From Malacoraja senta (lineage: Eukaryota), in NCBI GenBank assembly GCA_038087875.1, contig JAXLNO010000580.1, positions 1-47,059 of the forward strand: a DNA stretch of 47,059 bases, in the 5' to 3' direction. Positions within the stretch are counted from its first letter, which is position 1. Each line of letters opens with the position of its first letter. The notes under the pieces are model-generated. The model was not told the DNA's origin, searched no databases, and was given only the letters and a program-made list of their open reading frames with translations. The position numbers were made by a program, and so were the translations under genes. Below are positions 35,518 to 45,581 of the stretch, in pieces.

Positions 35518-35728
35518 TGTAAAGAAGTTAAGTCTGACTCACTTGTAGCTTTACTTAACGTTTAATAATCACACAGGTTAGACACGTTCCAGCACTGACT
35601 GCATACAGTATATCACCATGCTGGAACCAGGGGAGAGCAAGAGAGAGAGTTATTATACTTGATAACTAAGGCGTGGTTAGTGGTGCTGAGGTAGCTATAT
35701 TATTGGTTGCATGCATGAACCATCTACA
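35518..35728 (-). repeat. 5' LTR
   Basis: 211 bp; followed on the minus strand by the PBS. Confidence 0.95.
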
Positions 35729-35829
35729 GCATGCAAAACAAAACTTTTCATTGTACTTCTATCCATGTGACAATAATAAACCTAAACTACACTGGTGGTG
35801 ACATATAGATTGTAGAGTGGCTTTTGGGT

Positions 35830-36400
35830 GGCAGAAGGCAATTCACTCACTTCAGGACACTCAGTCTTGGACACAACATTTATGTTTCTGATTCAATTGA
35901 GATTTTAGTCAGTGGTGATCCTCAGGATGGTTGAGGACCCATCAAGGATTGCACCATTGAATGTCAAGAGTAGCTGGTTAGACAATCTCATTGGTGATGG
36001 TTGTGCCATTATTGGCACAAATGTTATTTGCCTCTTTGCTGCCATTTCCTAAATGTTGGCTATGTTTTGCTACTTTCAGGCACGGACTGTAGTTTGCTCA
36101 GGTGATGTAAAAGGATATTGTGTAATCAACAGTAAACATGTGACCTAAATCTAACATGTGGCCCAATTGTAACTTTATCATGGAAGGCTACTGCTGAAGC
36201 TGATGAAAATGATTTGAATTACAATTCTGCTCTGAGCAACACCTGTTTGTGCCCTCGGCTGCGATGTTTGATCTGCAACAATTGCAACCATCTTTCTTAG
36301 TGCAAGCCAAGGCTCCAACCATGAGTCCTGTCTGCAAATCATTGTGCTACACTCATGAACATCTACTTTCTCAATAATTGTTGAGAAGCAAGAAGAATTA
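35830..36400 (-). mobile_element. Old decayed CR1 RT fragment
   Basis: Minus-strand GVAQSRIV..FISFSSSLP is a degraded GVPQGSVLGP...FINDLP motif. Confidence 0.5.
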
Positions 36401-36627
36401 GCTGAAGTAGTACACAACATCTACGGCCACAAATTTTGAGTGGGTAATGATTGTGAGTCTTTACTGAGATTCCCAATCTTTAATTATTTTAATTCACTCT
36501 TTATGACATCAAGAATTGGCAGATTGGACAGTCAAAAGGTAGCATGTCCGGCAATATCCTAACTGCAATCTTGAAGATATGTGCTCCAGACAAGTCGTTG
36601 GTTTCAATATTAAATTAAAATCTAAAC

Positions 36628-36770
36628 TGATGATGCTGAAAATCTGAAATAAATGCAACAAATGGTGGAAACATTTAGTTGCTCAGGCAACTAATGAAGA
36701 GTCTTTGATCTGAAATGTCAACTGTTTCTCTTTCCATAGACTGCCCGAGTTGATGAGCGTTTTCAGTTTT
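36628..36770. mobile_element. Old palindromic Penelope pLTR-derived repeat
   Basis: GATGCTGAAAATCTGAAATAAA...CTAATGAAGAGTCTTTGATCTGAAATGTCAACTGTTTCTCTTTCCATAGA. Confidence 0.6.
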
Positions 36771-37045
36771 ATGCCATCATAAGACTGGCCAATAGGAAGT
36801 AAAGATAAGCTTTCCAGTACCTTGGCCTAGCCTCAGTAGAGCTACCAGGTGTCTAGGGTTTCTTCCCAATAATCCAGCCTTGCTGGTGGCCTAAGGGTTG
36901 TCTCAGTGATTCGGTCTTCCTTGCATCTGTAACGAGGGAACACAGCTATAAAGGACACGTTTGTCTGTCAGTCTGTGTTTTATAGGCTGACAAAGTTCAA
37001 GTGGCCAACCAATATTAGCTAATTTGACCCAGCTATTACCGATGA

Positions 37046-37546
37046 TCCATCCATCCATCTATCTCTACCAACCTACGCACGCCGTAGCGCTGAAATTTTT
37101 ACATATTCTAACTCACAATTTTCCCGACCATGCCATACTCGGGCTCACTTGAGATTTTGTCCTATATTTCACATTATTTGCGATTAAAGCTTTAAAAATG
37201 CCAACTTTAACACGATTTTTACAGTTAAAATCCTTCCTCCCAGCTTCCAACACACTTTGATACAAAGTTGCAAGACAGGAGCACTCTGAACATTTCACCT
37301 CAATGAGATATTCCAACAGGAGGGGGAGGGCCAATTGGTATTGCAATTGGAACTGCGAGAGCAGGCAGGGGAAGTGCAATTGGAATTTTTTTTAGTCCAG
37401 TGCTGAGGGAGGGAGGCAGGGGAGTGCTGGAATCTTACGTTCGGGAACGGGTTCAGTTGCATTGGGGGAACAGGTGAGTGGTGGAATATTGTGTTTGGGA
37501 GCACACTATTGGGGAAGCAATCCCAACAGGTCTGCACTTAGTCTAG
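37046..37546 (+). mobile_element. Non-autonomous Helitron (internally deleted)
   Basis: A|TCCATCC 5' end; 3' region GGTGAGTGGTGGAATATTG...CCCAACAGGTC...TTAGTCTAG homologous to 25146-25238. Confidence 0.75.
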
Positions 37547-37834
37547 TCTATCTATAAAACTCTCATCTTGTTTCTGTATTTGTTTGCCGGTTTATTTGTA
37601 GCTATGTTTGCGCAAAAACGGAACACCACAGCGCTACAATTTTTGCCGCACCTTACTCTCCATTGTCCTGTGATGTCAATTAAACACGTGTTGTTCAGAT
37701 TGATGCCATATTTTACAAGTTATTGACATTTTAAACTTTACAAAAACCATTAAAAAAATTTGCCCTGCCTGTCAGCAGCGTTCCCTCACAATGGGATCCC
37801 GAATTTCATTTACATTTTAAAAATTACCTTTTAA

Positions 37835-38095
37835 AAAAAACACATCACGATTTTCATTGTGGGGAAGTTTAATTGAAAACAAAACATCGCAATTTTCATT
37901 GTGGAGGGCTGGGATGGGGGGGGGGGGGTTTCATTTTTAAAAATATTGCGATTTTCAAAATGGGGGGAGGAGGGGTGGGATAGGGGGGAGGTTTCATCAT
38001 TTTTTTAAAATCGTGATTTTTATTGTGGGGAGTGGGCTAGGGGGAGGTTTCATTTAAAAAACCATTACAATTTTCATTGTGGGGGTTGGGATTGG
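37835..38095 (+). repeat. Degenerate tandem repeat (about 5 units)
   Basis: Recurrent AAAA..CATCGCRATTTTCATTGTGGGG unit at ~37838, 37880, 37938, 38006 and 38056. Confidence 0.75.
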
Positions 38096-38660
38096 GGGAG
38101 GTGAGGATTGGGGAAGCAGGGGTATAGAGGGAGAGGAGGGGGTAGGGAGGGAGAGGAAAGTGGGGGAGGTGAGAAGGGAGAGTGGGGGAGGAGGAGGGAT
38201 GGAGGGAGAGGAGGGGGTAGTGGGGGAGGTAGGGAGTGGGGGAGAGAGGGAGAGGACGGCAGTGGGGAGGAGGGGGGATACAGGGAGAGGATGGAGGGAG
38301 GTAGGGAGTGGGAGATAGAGGGAGAGGAGGGCAGTGGGGAGGTGAGGAGGAAGAGTGGTGCCGAGTGGGATAGGGGGAGGTGAGGAGTGGGGAGCAGGGG
38401 GATAGAGAGAGAGGAGGGGGATAGGGGGATAGGGGGGAGAGGGGTTATGGAGGGAAGGAGGGAGTGACTGAGGGTAGGGGAAAGGAGAGTGAGGGTGAGT
38501 GGGAGTGGGGGACGGGAAAGAAGAGGGAGGATGAGGGGGAGGGAGTGCTGGGGATGAGGGGGAATGGGATAGGGGTAGGAAGAGGGGTTGCGAGGTAATG
38601 GAGGAGGGAGGGGGTGAGGGCTTGAAGCAGAGGAGGGTTGGTGGAGGGTAGGGAGAGTAA
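38080..38660 (+). repeat. Polypurine G-rich low-complexity tract
   Basis: Almost exclusively G/A with many G3-G6 runs. Confidence 0.9.
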
Positions 38661-38760
38661 GGCTGTGGAGTCGGTCGGGGTCGTCGGAGGCGGAGCAATT
38701 TTGATGCTACTGGAGTCGGAGTCGGTAAAAAAGTCCCGACTCCAACTCCAACATAAATTT
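38660..38760 (+). mobile_element. Terminal fragment of a probable hAT-type non-autonomous transposon
   Basis: GGCTGTGGAGTCGG...GGAGCAATTTTG...GGAGTCGGAGTCGG...CCGACTCC resembles recalled GGAGTC-repeat hAT termini. Confidence 0.4.
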
Positions 38761-38774
38761 CAGAGACTACGTAA

Positions 38775-39125
38775 ATCTCTGCCTTATCCACTGACTTGGC
38801 CTCCACCACCGACTGTGGCAAAGAGCTCCACAGATTCACCAGCTTCTGCCGAAAGAAATTCCACTTCATCTCATTCCTAAAGGAACGTCCTTTAATTCTG
38901 AGGCTATGACCTCTAGCCCTAGACTCTCCCACAAGTAGGAGCAGAATTAGGCCATTCGGCCCAACAAGTCTACACCGCCATTCAATCATGATGGATCTAT
39001 CATTCCCTCCTAACCCCATTCTCCTGCCTGCTCTCCATAACCCCTGACACTGTACTAACCAATTTTACTTTTGTACCATCTGCAAACTTGCTAATCATGC
39101 CGTGTGTGTTCTCAAGATGAATATA
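38775..39125 (-). mobile_element. Rearranged CR1 3' fragments
   Basis: VGESRARGHSLRIKGRSF...WSSLP, a CR1 3' UTR piece, and ISKFADGTKV. Confidence 0.8.
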
Positions 39126-39235
39126 TGGCAATAAAGCTAAACTGAACAGAATCAGGCCATGCTGACCATATGCCTCGGTCCACATGACAATGAACTAAAC
39201 TCTCCCCAGAAAAAGAAATAAGTTCAGCAAGCATT

Positions 39236-39703
39236 AAGAAATTGCAGCGAAATGTGGACGCAGCCCAGACCATCACACAAATCAACCTCCCTTCCATTGA
39301 CTCAATTTATACCTCACGCTGCCTCGGCAAGGCCAGCAGCATAATCAAGGATGAGTCTCACCCTGGCCACTCTCTCTTCTCCCCTCTCCCATCAGGCAAA
39401 AAGTACAGAACTGTGAAAACGCACACCTCCAGATTCAGCGATAGTTTCTTTCCAGCTGTTATCGGGCAACTGAACCATCTAACCACAACCACAGAGCAGT
39501 GCTGAACTACTATCTACCACTTTGGTGACCCTCGGACTATCCTTGATCGGACTTTGCTGGCTTTACCATGCACAAAATGTTTCTGTACACTGTAAATGGC
39601 TCGATTGTAATCATGTATTGTCTTTCCGCTGACTGGTTAGCAAGCAACAAAAGCTTTTCACTGTACCTCGGTACACGTGACAATAAGCTAAACTGAACTG
39701 AAA
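39236..39703 (+). mobile_element. Rex1/Babar LINE 3' end
   Basis: KLQRNVDAAQTIT..LPSIDSIY..RC..KASSIIKDESHPGHSLFSPLPSGKKYR...SFFPAVI; tail GTGACAATAAGCTAAACTGAACTGAA. Confidence 0.9.
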
Positions 39704-39705
39704 AT

Positions 39706-40492
39706 AGACACAAAATGCTGGAGTAACTCAGCGGGACAGCCAGCATCTCTGGAGAGAAAGGAGTCTGAAGAAGTGTCTTGAACCAAAGAGGTCCTTCTGC
39801 AGTTGTATAGGGCCCTAGTGAGACCACACCTGGAGTATTTGCAGTTTTGGTCCCCTAATTTGAGGAAGGACATTCTTGCTATTGAGGGAGTGCAGCGTAG
39901 GTTTACAAGGTTAATTCCCAGGATGGTGGGACTGTCATATGCTGAGAGAATGGAGCGGCTGGGCTTGTATACTCTGGAACTTAGAAGGATGAGAGGGATT
40001 CTTATTGAAACATATAAGATTATTAAGGGTTTGGACATGCTAGAGGCAGGAAACATGTTCCCGATGTTGGGGGAGTCCAGAACCAGGGGCCACAGTATAA
40101 GAATAAGGGGTAATCCATTTAGAACGGAGACGAGGAAACACTTTTTCTCACAGAGAGTTATGAGTCTGTGGAATTATGTGCCTCAGAGGGCGGTGGAGGC
40201 CGGTTCTCTTTATACTTTCAAGAGAGAGCTAGATAGGCCTCTTAAAGATAGCGGAGTCAGGGGCTATGGGGAGAAGGCAGGAACGAAGTACTGATTGGGG
40301 ATGATCAGCCATGATCACAATGAATGGCGGTGCTGGCTCGAAGGGCCGACTGGCCTACTCCTGCACCTATTGTCTATTGTCTAAAACGTCACTCATTCCT
40401 TCTATCCAGAGATGCTGCCTGTCCCGCTGAGTTACTCCAGCATTTTGTGTCTATCTTCGGTTTAAACCAGCATCTGCAGTTCCTTCCTACAC
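39706..40492. mobile_element. Palindromic Penelope pLTR-derived repeat split by a CR1 insertion
   Basis: Left arm plus CTGAAGAAGTGTCTTGAACC (~39706-39784); right part AAAACGTCACTC...CTGCAGTTCCTTCCTACAC (~40383-40492). Confidence 0.85.
39786..40382 (+). mobile_element. 5'-truncated CR1 3' fragment
   Basis: ORF 39803-40294 with RPHLEY...SRTRGH; tail CCTACTCCTGCACCTATTGTCTATTGTCT. Confidence 0.95.
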
Positions 40493-40799
40493 ATAAATTG
40501 AAACTGAACTGGAAACTTTACAAATCCCAGCTAGTTCAGTAAGGACGTTCGGGTGAAGAAGCCTCCAGCTTTCACCCTTACATAACGCTAAGCCTCAGCA
40601 GTGAAATCTGCAGCGTTAGTTAGGGGTGGATCATAAATGCCAATGACACCACCCACAACCCCACAAATTATCACATCTTTAAAATGAGACCAACCTCTGC
40701 CAAATATCTGCCATCTAATCTCACACATTGCTATGCTGATAAAACCCTGTTGCTGCAAAGCAGCTACACAGAGCTACTCAAAACATAGAATCATATAAT

Positions 40800-41388
40800 C
40801 AGGCTTGGTAAGGCGCAGGTAAAGCTTCATTTGTAGTATTGTGAGCAATTTTGGGCACTATATCTGAGGAAGGATGTGCTGGCTATGGAAAGGGTCCAGA
40901 GGAGGTTTACAAGGATGATCCCAGGAATTAGTATGTTGATCTATGATGAGCATTTGTCAGTACTGGGCCTGTACTCGCTGGAGTTTAGAACAATGAGGGG
41001 GGACTTCATTGAAACATACAGAATAGTGAAATGCTTGGATAGAGTGGATGTGGAGAGGATGTTTCCACTAGTGGGAGAGTCTAGGACCGGAGGTCATAGC
41101 CTCAGAATTAAAGAACGTTCTTTAAGGAAGGAGATGAGGTGGAATTTCTTTAGTCAGAGGGTGGTGAATCTGTGGTATTTATTGCCACAGAAGGCTGTGG
41201 AGGCCAAGTCAGTAGTTATTTTTAAGGCAGAGATAGATTCTTGATTAGTATGGGTATCAGGGGTTTTAAGGAGAAGGCAGGAGAATGGGGTTAGGAGGGA
41301 GAGATAGATCAGCCATGATTGAATGGCTGAGTAGACTTGATGGGCCGAATGGCCTAATTCTATTCCTATCACTTATGACCTTATGACA
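40800..41388 (+). mobile_element. 5'-truncated CR1 3' fragment
   Basis: ERVQRRFTRMIPG...ESRTGGHSLRIK; tail (CTTATGAC)n. Confidence 0.9.
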
Positions 41389-41392
41389 TATA

Positions 41393-42984
41393 CAGTGCAT
41401 TCAGAAAGTATTCTGACCCCTTCACCTTTTCCACATTTTGTTACGTTACAGCCTTATTTTAAAATGGATTACATTCATTTTTTTTAATCATCAATCTACA
41501 CACAATACCACAGAATGATGAAGCGAAAACAGGTATTTCGAAATTTTTGCAAAGTAATTAAAAGGAAATAACTGAAATATCACATTTACATAAGTATTCA
41601 GACCCTTTGGTAGGACGCTCAAAATTGAGCTTAGGTTCATCCTGTTTCCATTGATTATCCTTGAGATCTTTTTACAACTTGATTGGAGTCCACCAGTGGT
41701 ACATTAAATTGATTGGATATGATTTGGAAAGGCCCACACCTGTCTAGCAAAGGTCCCACAGTTGACAATGCATGGCAGAGCAAAAACCAAGCCATGAAGA
41801 CGAAGAAATTGTCCGTAGACCTCCGAAACAGGATTGTGTCGAGACCCAGATCTGGGGAAGGGTATAAAACAATTTCTGCAGCATTGCAGGTCCAGAAGAG
41901 CACAGTGGCCTCCGTCATTCTTAAATGGAAAAACTTTGGAACCTTCATAGAGTTGGCCACCCACCCAAACTGAGCAATCGGGGGAGAAGGACCTTGGTCA
42001 GGCAAGGTGACCAAGAACCCGGTCAATCTGACAGTGCTCCAGAGTTCCTCTGTGGAGGATAACCTTCCAGAAGGACAACTATATCTGCAGCACTCCACCA
42101 ATCAGGCCTTTATGGTAGAGTGGCCAGACGGAAGCCACTCCTCAGTAAAAGGCACATGACAGCCTGCTTGGAGTTTGCCAAAAGGCATGAGAAACAAGAT
42201 TCTCTGGTCTGATGAAATAAAGATTGAACTCTTTGGCCTGAATGCCAAGCGTCACGTCTGGAGGAAACCAGGCACCGCTCATCACCTGGCCAATACCATA
42301 CCTACGGTGAAACATGATGGCAGCAGCATCATGCTGTGGTGATGGTTTTCAGCGGCAGTAACTGGGAGACTAGTCAGGATTGAGGGAAAGATGAACGGAG
42401 CAAAGTACAGAGAGATCCTTGATGAAAACCTGCTCCAGAGCGTTCTGGACTTCAGACTGGGGCAGAGGTTCACCTTCCAACAGGACAATGACCCTAAGCA
42501 CACAGCCAAGACAATGCAGGAGTGGCTTTGTGATAAGTCTGTGAATGTCCTTGAGTGGCCCAGTCAGAGCCCGGACTTGAACCCGATAGACATCTCTGGA
42601 GAGACCTGAAAATAGCTATGCATCGACGCTCCCCATCCAACCTGACAGAGCTTGAGAGGATCTGCAGAGAAGAATGGGAGAAATTACCCAAATACAGGTG
42701 TGCCAAGCTTGTAGCGTCATACCCAAGAAGACTTGAGGCTGTAATCACTGCCAAAGGTGCCTCAACAAAGTACTGAGTAAAGGGTCTAAATACTTATGTA
42801 AATGTGATATTTCAGTTATTTCTTTTTAATTACTTTGCAAAAATGTTTAAACACCTGTTTTCACTTTTTTATTATGGGGTATTGTGTGTAGATTGATAAT
42901 AAAAGAAAATGAATTTAATCCATTTTAGAATAAGGCTGTAACGTAACAAAATGTGGAAATGGTGAATACTTTCTGAATGCACTG
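41393..42984 (+). mobile_element. Full-length Tc1-family (IR/DR) DNA transposon, defective
   Basis: TA|CAGTGCATTCAGAAAGTATTC ... GAATACTTTCTGAATGCACTG|TA; ~210-bp TIRs with inner DR TAAGTATTCAGACCC. Confidence 0.97.
41794..42776 (+). pseudogene. Tc1 DD34E-type transposase, frameshifted
   Basis: MKTKKLSVDLRNRIV...GYKTIS (paired-like domain), [42 protein letters not shown]. Confidence 0.93.
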
Positions 42985-43074
42985 TATATTGAAGCATAAG
43001 AATATAAATATCATAGTTATTATAGAACAGAATATAGCATTTTGTTGTACAATATAGTCTTTGTTATGGAATAG

Positions 43075-43370
43075 AATAGAGCAGAGAACGGTCCAGCACA
43101 GGAACAGGCTCTTCGGCCCACAATGTCCATGTTGAACTTTATGCAAATAACATCCAATTTTATTCAATGTTTTTTCTTAGTCATAAAGCATGGAACGAGG
43201 TCCTTCGGCCCACCTTGCCCACCCTTTCCAGCTTCACAACATCTTTCCTATAATACGGTGACCAAAACTGAACACAATACTCTATACTCAATGCTCTGAA
43301 ATGTACCAAAAGCCTTCTTGGCCACCCAGTCTACCTGTGACATCACTTTCAAGGAGCTATGTGCCTGCAA
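43075..43370 (-). mobile_element. Old CR1 3' fragments
   Basis: CR1 tail-like CAGGCTCTTCGGCCCAC pieces and GGTGACCAAAACTGAACACAATACTC (EYCVQFWSP). Confidence 0.7.
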
Positions 43371-43442
43371 TTGAATTTTGATTACAAAAATAACCTGTTT
43401 TTAAAAACACAGCAGGGTCATCCCACACGCGACTTTTAGGCC

Positions 43443-44603
43443 AATAAGCGAGTTTGGTATTCTGAAAAACGCAAGGAATCATGGGATTTGTCAAAGGTCA
43501 TTCACCATAAAGAAAAAGCGAACGAAGTGCTGACTGTATAAACTGGGTAGACAAAAGTGCTGGAGAAACTCAGCGGGTGCAGCAGCATCTATGGAGCGAA
43601 GGAAATAGGCAACGTTTCGGGCCAAAACCCTTCTTCAGACAGGGTATAAACTGGGTATAAATTCTTATCTTTAATCACGATTTAGATGTAAAATATATAT
43701 TTAATCTGAGGAACGGGGGTGCCAGGTAGTGGGAGAACGGGATGTAACAGCGAGATAGAGGGGGCAGAGGCGAGTGGGAGACGAGGGGGGGGGTGGAGAC
43801 TGGACTGGCCTGGCGGAGGGACATTCTGGACAGCTGCCGAACCGCCACTGGACCGTCCCCGGTCGGTTCCCCCCCCCCTCCCTAGTGTGTCCCATCCCTG
43901 CCCAGGGGGCGGCCAGAGACGTCCGGACCGACAGGATACCGGTTGGACAGGCCGAGCTGAGCTGGAGCCAGTGCCTTCCCCCCCCCGCCCCCCCCGTGCC
44001 TGCTGCAAGTCCAGGGCCGCCACCATTCCAGGCCTGCGCCCCGGCTGCCAGCCAACCCGGCTGGACAGGCAAAGCTGAGCTGGAGCCAGCGCCAGCCCCC
44101 TGCGCCGGCTGCAAGTCCGGGGCCGTCACCGTTCCAGGCCTGCAGCCCAGCTGCCGACCAATCCAGCTGGACAGGCAGAGCCGAGCTGGAGCCAGCGCCT
44201 CCCCCACCCGTGCCGGCTGCAAGTCCGTGGTCGCCACCGCCCCGCCAGCCCAGGGCCACCCCGGATAGGGACAGGACACCCGGGAGGGGACGGGGACGGC
44301 CCAGCAGCAACTCAACAGCACCCGCAGTGCTGGAGGCCCGACCCCAACCGCGGACGAGCACGATCTCGCACTCACCAAAGCATAAAACAATAAAAACGAC
44401 AAAATAAACTTACCTTTTAACAAAGGAACAATAAATACAACTAATTCAGAGTTTGAAAGCAGTATTTTCTTACCTGGAAGAATCAAAGCTGGAAAATACG
44501 GATGAAATTAAGGCCTATATGTTCAGCTCAACTGCTTCAAGCAATGTTTATGCAGTGACCTTTGAACTGGGCATGCGCAGTCGGAATACCGAACTCACTT
44601 ATT
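43443..44603. mobile_element. Unclassified non-autonomous TIR element with GC-rich internal repeats
   Basis: AATAAGCGAGTTTGGTATTCTGA (43443-43465) vs TCGGAATACCGAACTCACTTATT (44581-44603), plus inner pair TCAAAGGTCATTCACCATAAA / TTTATGCAGTGACCTTTGA. Confidence 0.6.
43550..43640 (-). mobile_element. Penelope pLTR-derived insertion with hammerhead catalytic-core motif
   Basis: Minus strand CTGAAGA-A-GGG-TTTTGG-CCC-GAAAC-GTT (43638-43611); direct repeat GTATAAACTGGGTA at 43536-43549 and 43644-43657. Confidence 0.8.
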
Positions 44604-44639
44604 ATCCACAATAATAGGTGGAGTGGGCAAGAGACTGTG

Positions 44640-45390
44640 CATCTACCCGATCTATACCTCTCATGATTTTACTCATCACCCCTCATCCTCCTGCGCTCCA
44701 AGAAATAGAGTCCTAGACTACACAACCTCTCCCTATACTTCTGACCCTCTAGTCCTGGCAATATCCTCGTAAATCTTCTCTGTGCCCTTCCCAGCTTGAC
44801 GACATCTTTTCCTCTAACATAGTGACAAAAATTGAATACAAAACTCCAAATGTGGCCTCACCAACGTCTTATACAACTGCAACATGTTAGTCTTGACTGT
44901 TAAAGACCAATGTGCCAAAATACTTTTTGACCACCTTATCTACCAGTGATGCCACTTTCAATGACTATGTTCCTGTACTCCTTGATCTCTCTGCTCTACA
45001 ATACTACCCAGAGGCCTACCATTCACTGTGTAGGTCCTGCCCATGTTAAACTTCCCAAAATGCAACATCTCACATTTCTCTGTATTAAATTCCATTAACC
45101 ATTCCTCAGCCCACCTGGCCAATTGTTCCAGATCATGCTGCAATTTTCACAATCATCTTCACTATCTGCAAAACTACCCACATTTGTATCATCAGCAAAC
45201 TGCTAATCTTGCCCTGCATGTTCTTATCCAAATCATTGATGTAGATGACAAATAGTAACGGGCCCAGCACCAAGCCCTGAGGCACACCACTAGTAACAGG
45301 CCTCTAGTCCGAGTAACAAACCTTCCACCATCACCCTCTGCTTCCCTCCTTGAAGCCAATTTTCTATCCATTCAGCAATCTTTCCTTGGA
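44640..45390 (-). mobile_element. Older CR1 RT/3' fragment
   Basis: Minus-strand [50 protein letters not shown]. Confidence 0.85.
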
Positions 45391-45581
45391 TGTCATATGT
45401 ACCGACAATGGAACAATTACATTTTTACAGTGCAGATTTACAGGCCTATTAACCCAACTTACATAGATACCATGCATTAAACAAAAAATCAATAAATTAA
45501 TAACACCAATACTATTGCATAAAAGCCCTACAAGTGCATAAAATGTTGAGGAGAATAGATAGAGTGAATAGTGTAGGTGGG

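Larger units (their letters stand above)
31013..35728 (-). mobile_element. Full-length Gypsy (Mag-like) LTR retrotransposon, defective
   Basis: TG...CA LTRs at 35518-35728 and 31013-31227; GCATG TSD (31008-31012, 35729-35733); PBS TGGTGTCAGCAAGT (tRNA-Leu-like); PPT AAGGGAAAGGA; gag-PR-RT-RH-IN order. Confidence 0.97.
37547..38660 (+). mobile_element. Second Helitron 5' part, directly abutting the first; 3' end not found
   Basis: TCTATCTATAAAACTCTCATCTTG...TTTGCGCAAAAACGG...AGCGCTACAATTTT homologous to 24175-24300; followed by internal repeats and a purine tract. Confidence 0.65.

Noticed and set aside
36966..36992. 11-bp hairpin with G-U pairs
   Set aside because: Short and compatible with chance; no supporting context.
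37835..38095. Repeat-spacer-like array (CRISPR-like appearance)
   Set aside because: Eukaryotic context, degenerate units, low-complexity spacers and no cas genes.
38054..39019. 321-aa proline-rich ORF
   Set aside because: Artefact of the polypyrimidine strand of the G/A tract joined to CR1 fragments.
43682..44486. Several overlapping 114-261 aa ORFs
   Set aside because: Stop-poor GC-rich repeats inside a TIR element; no recognisable domain.
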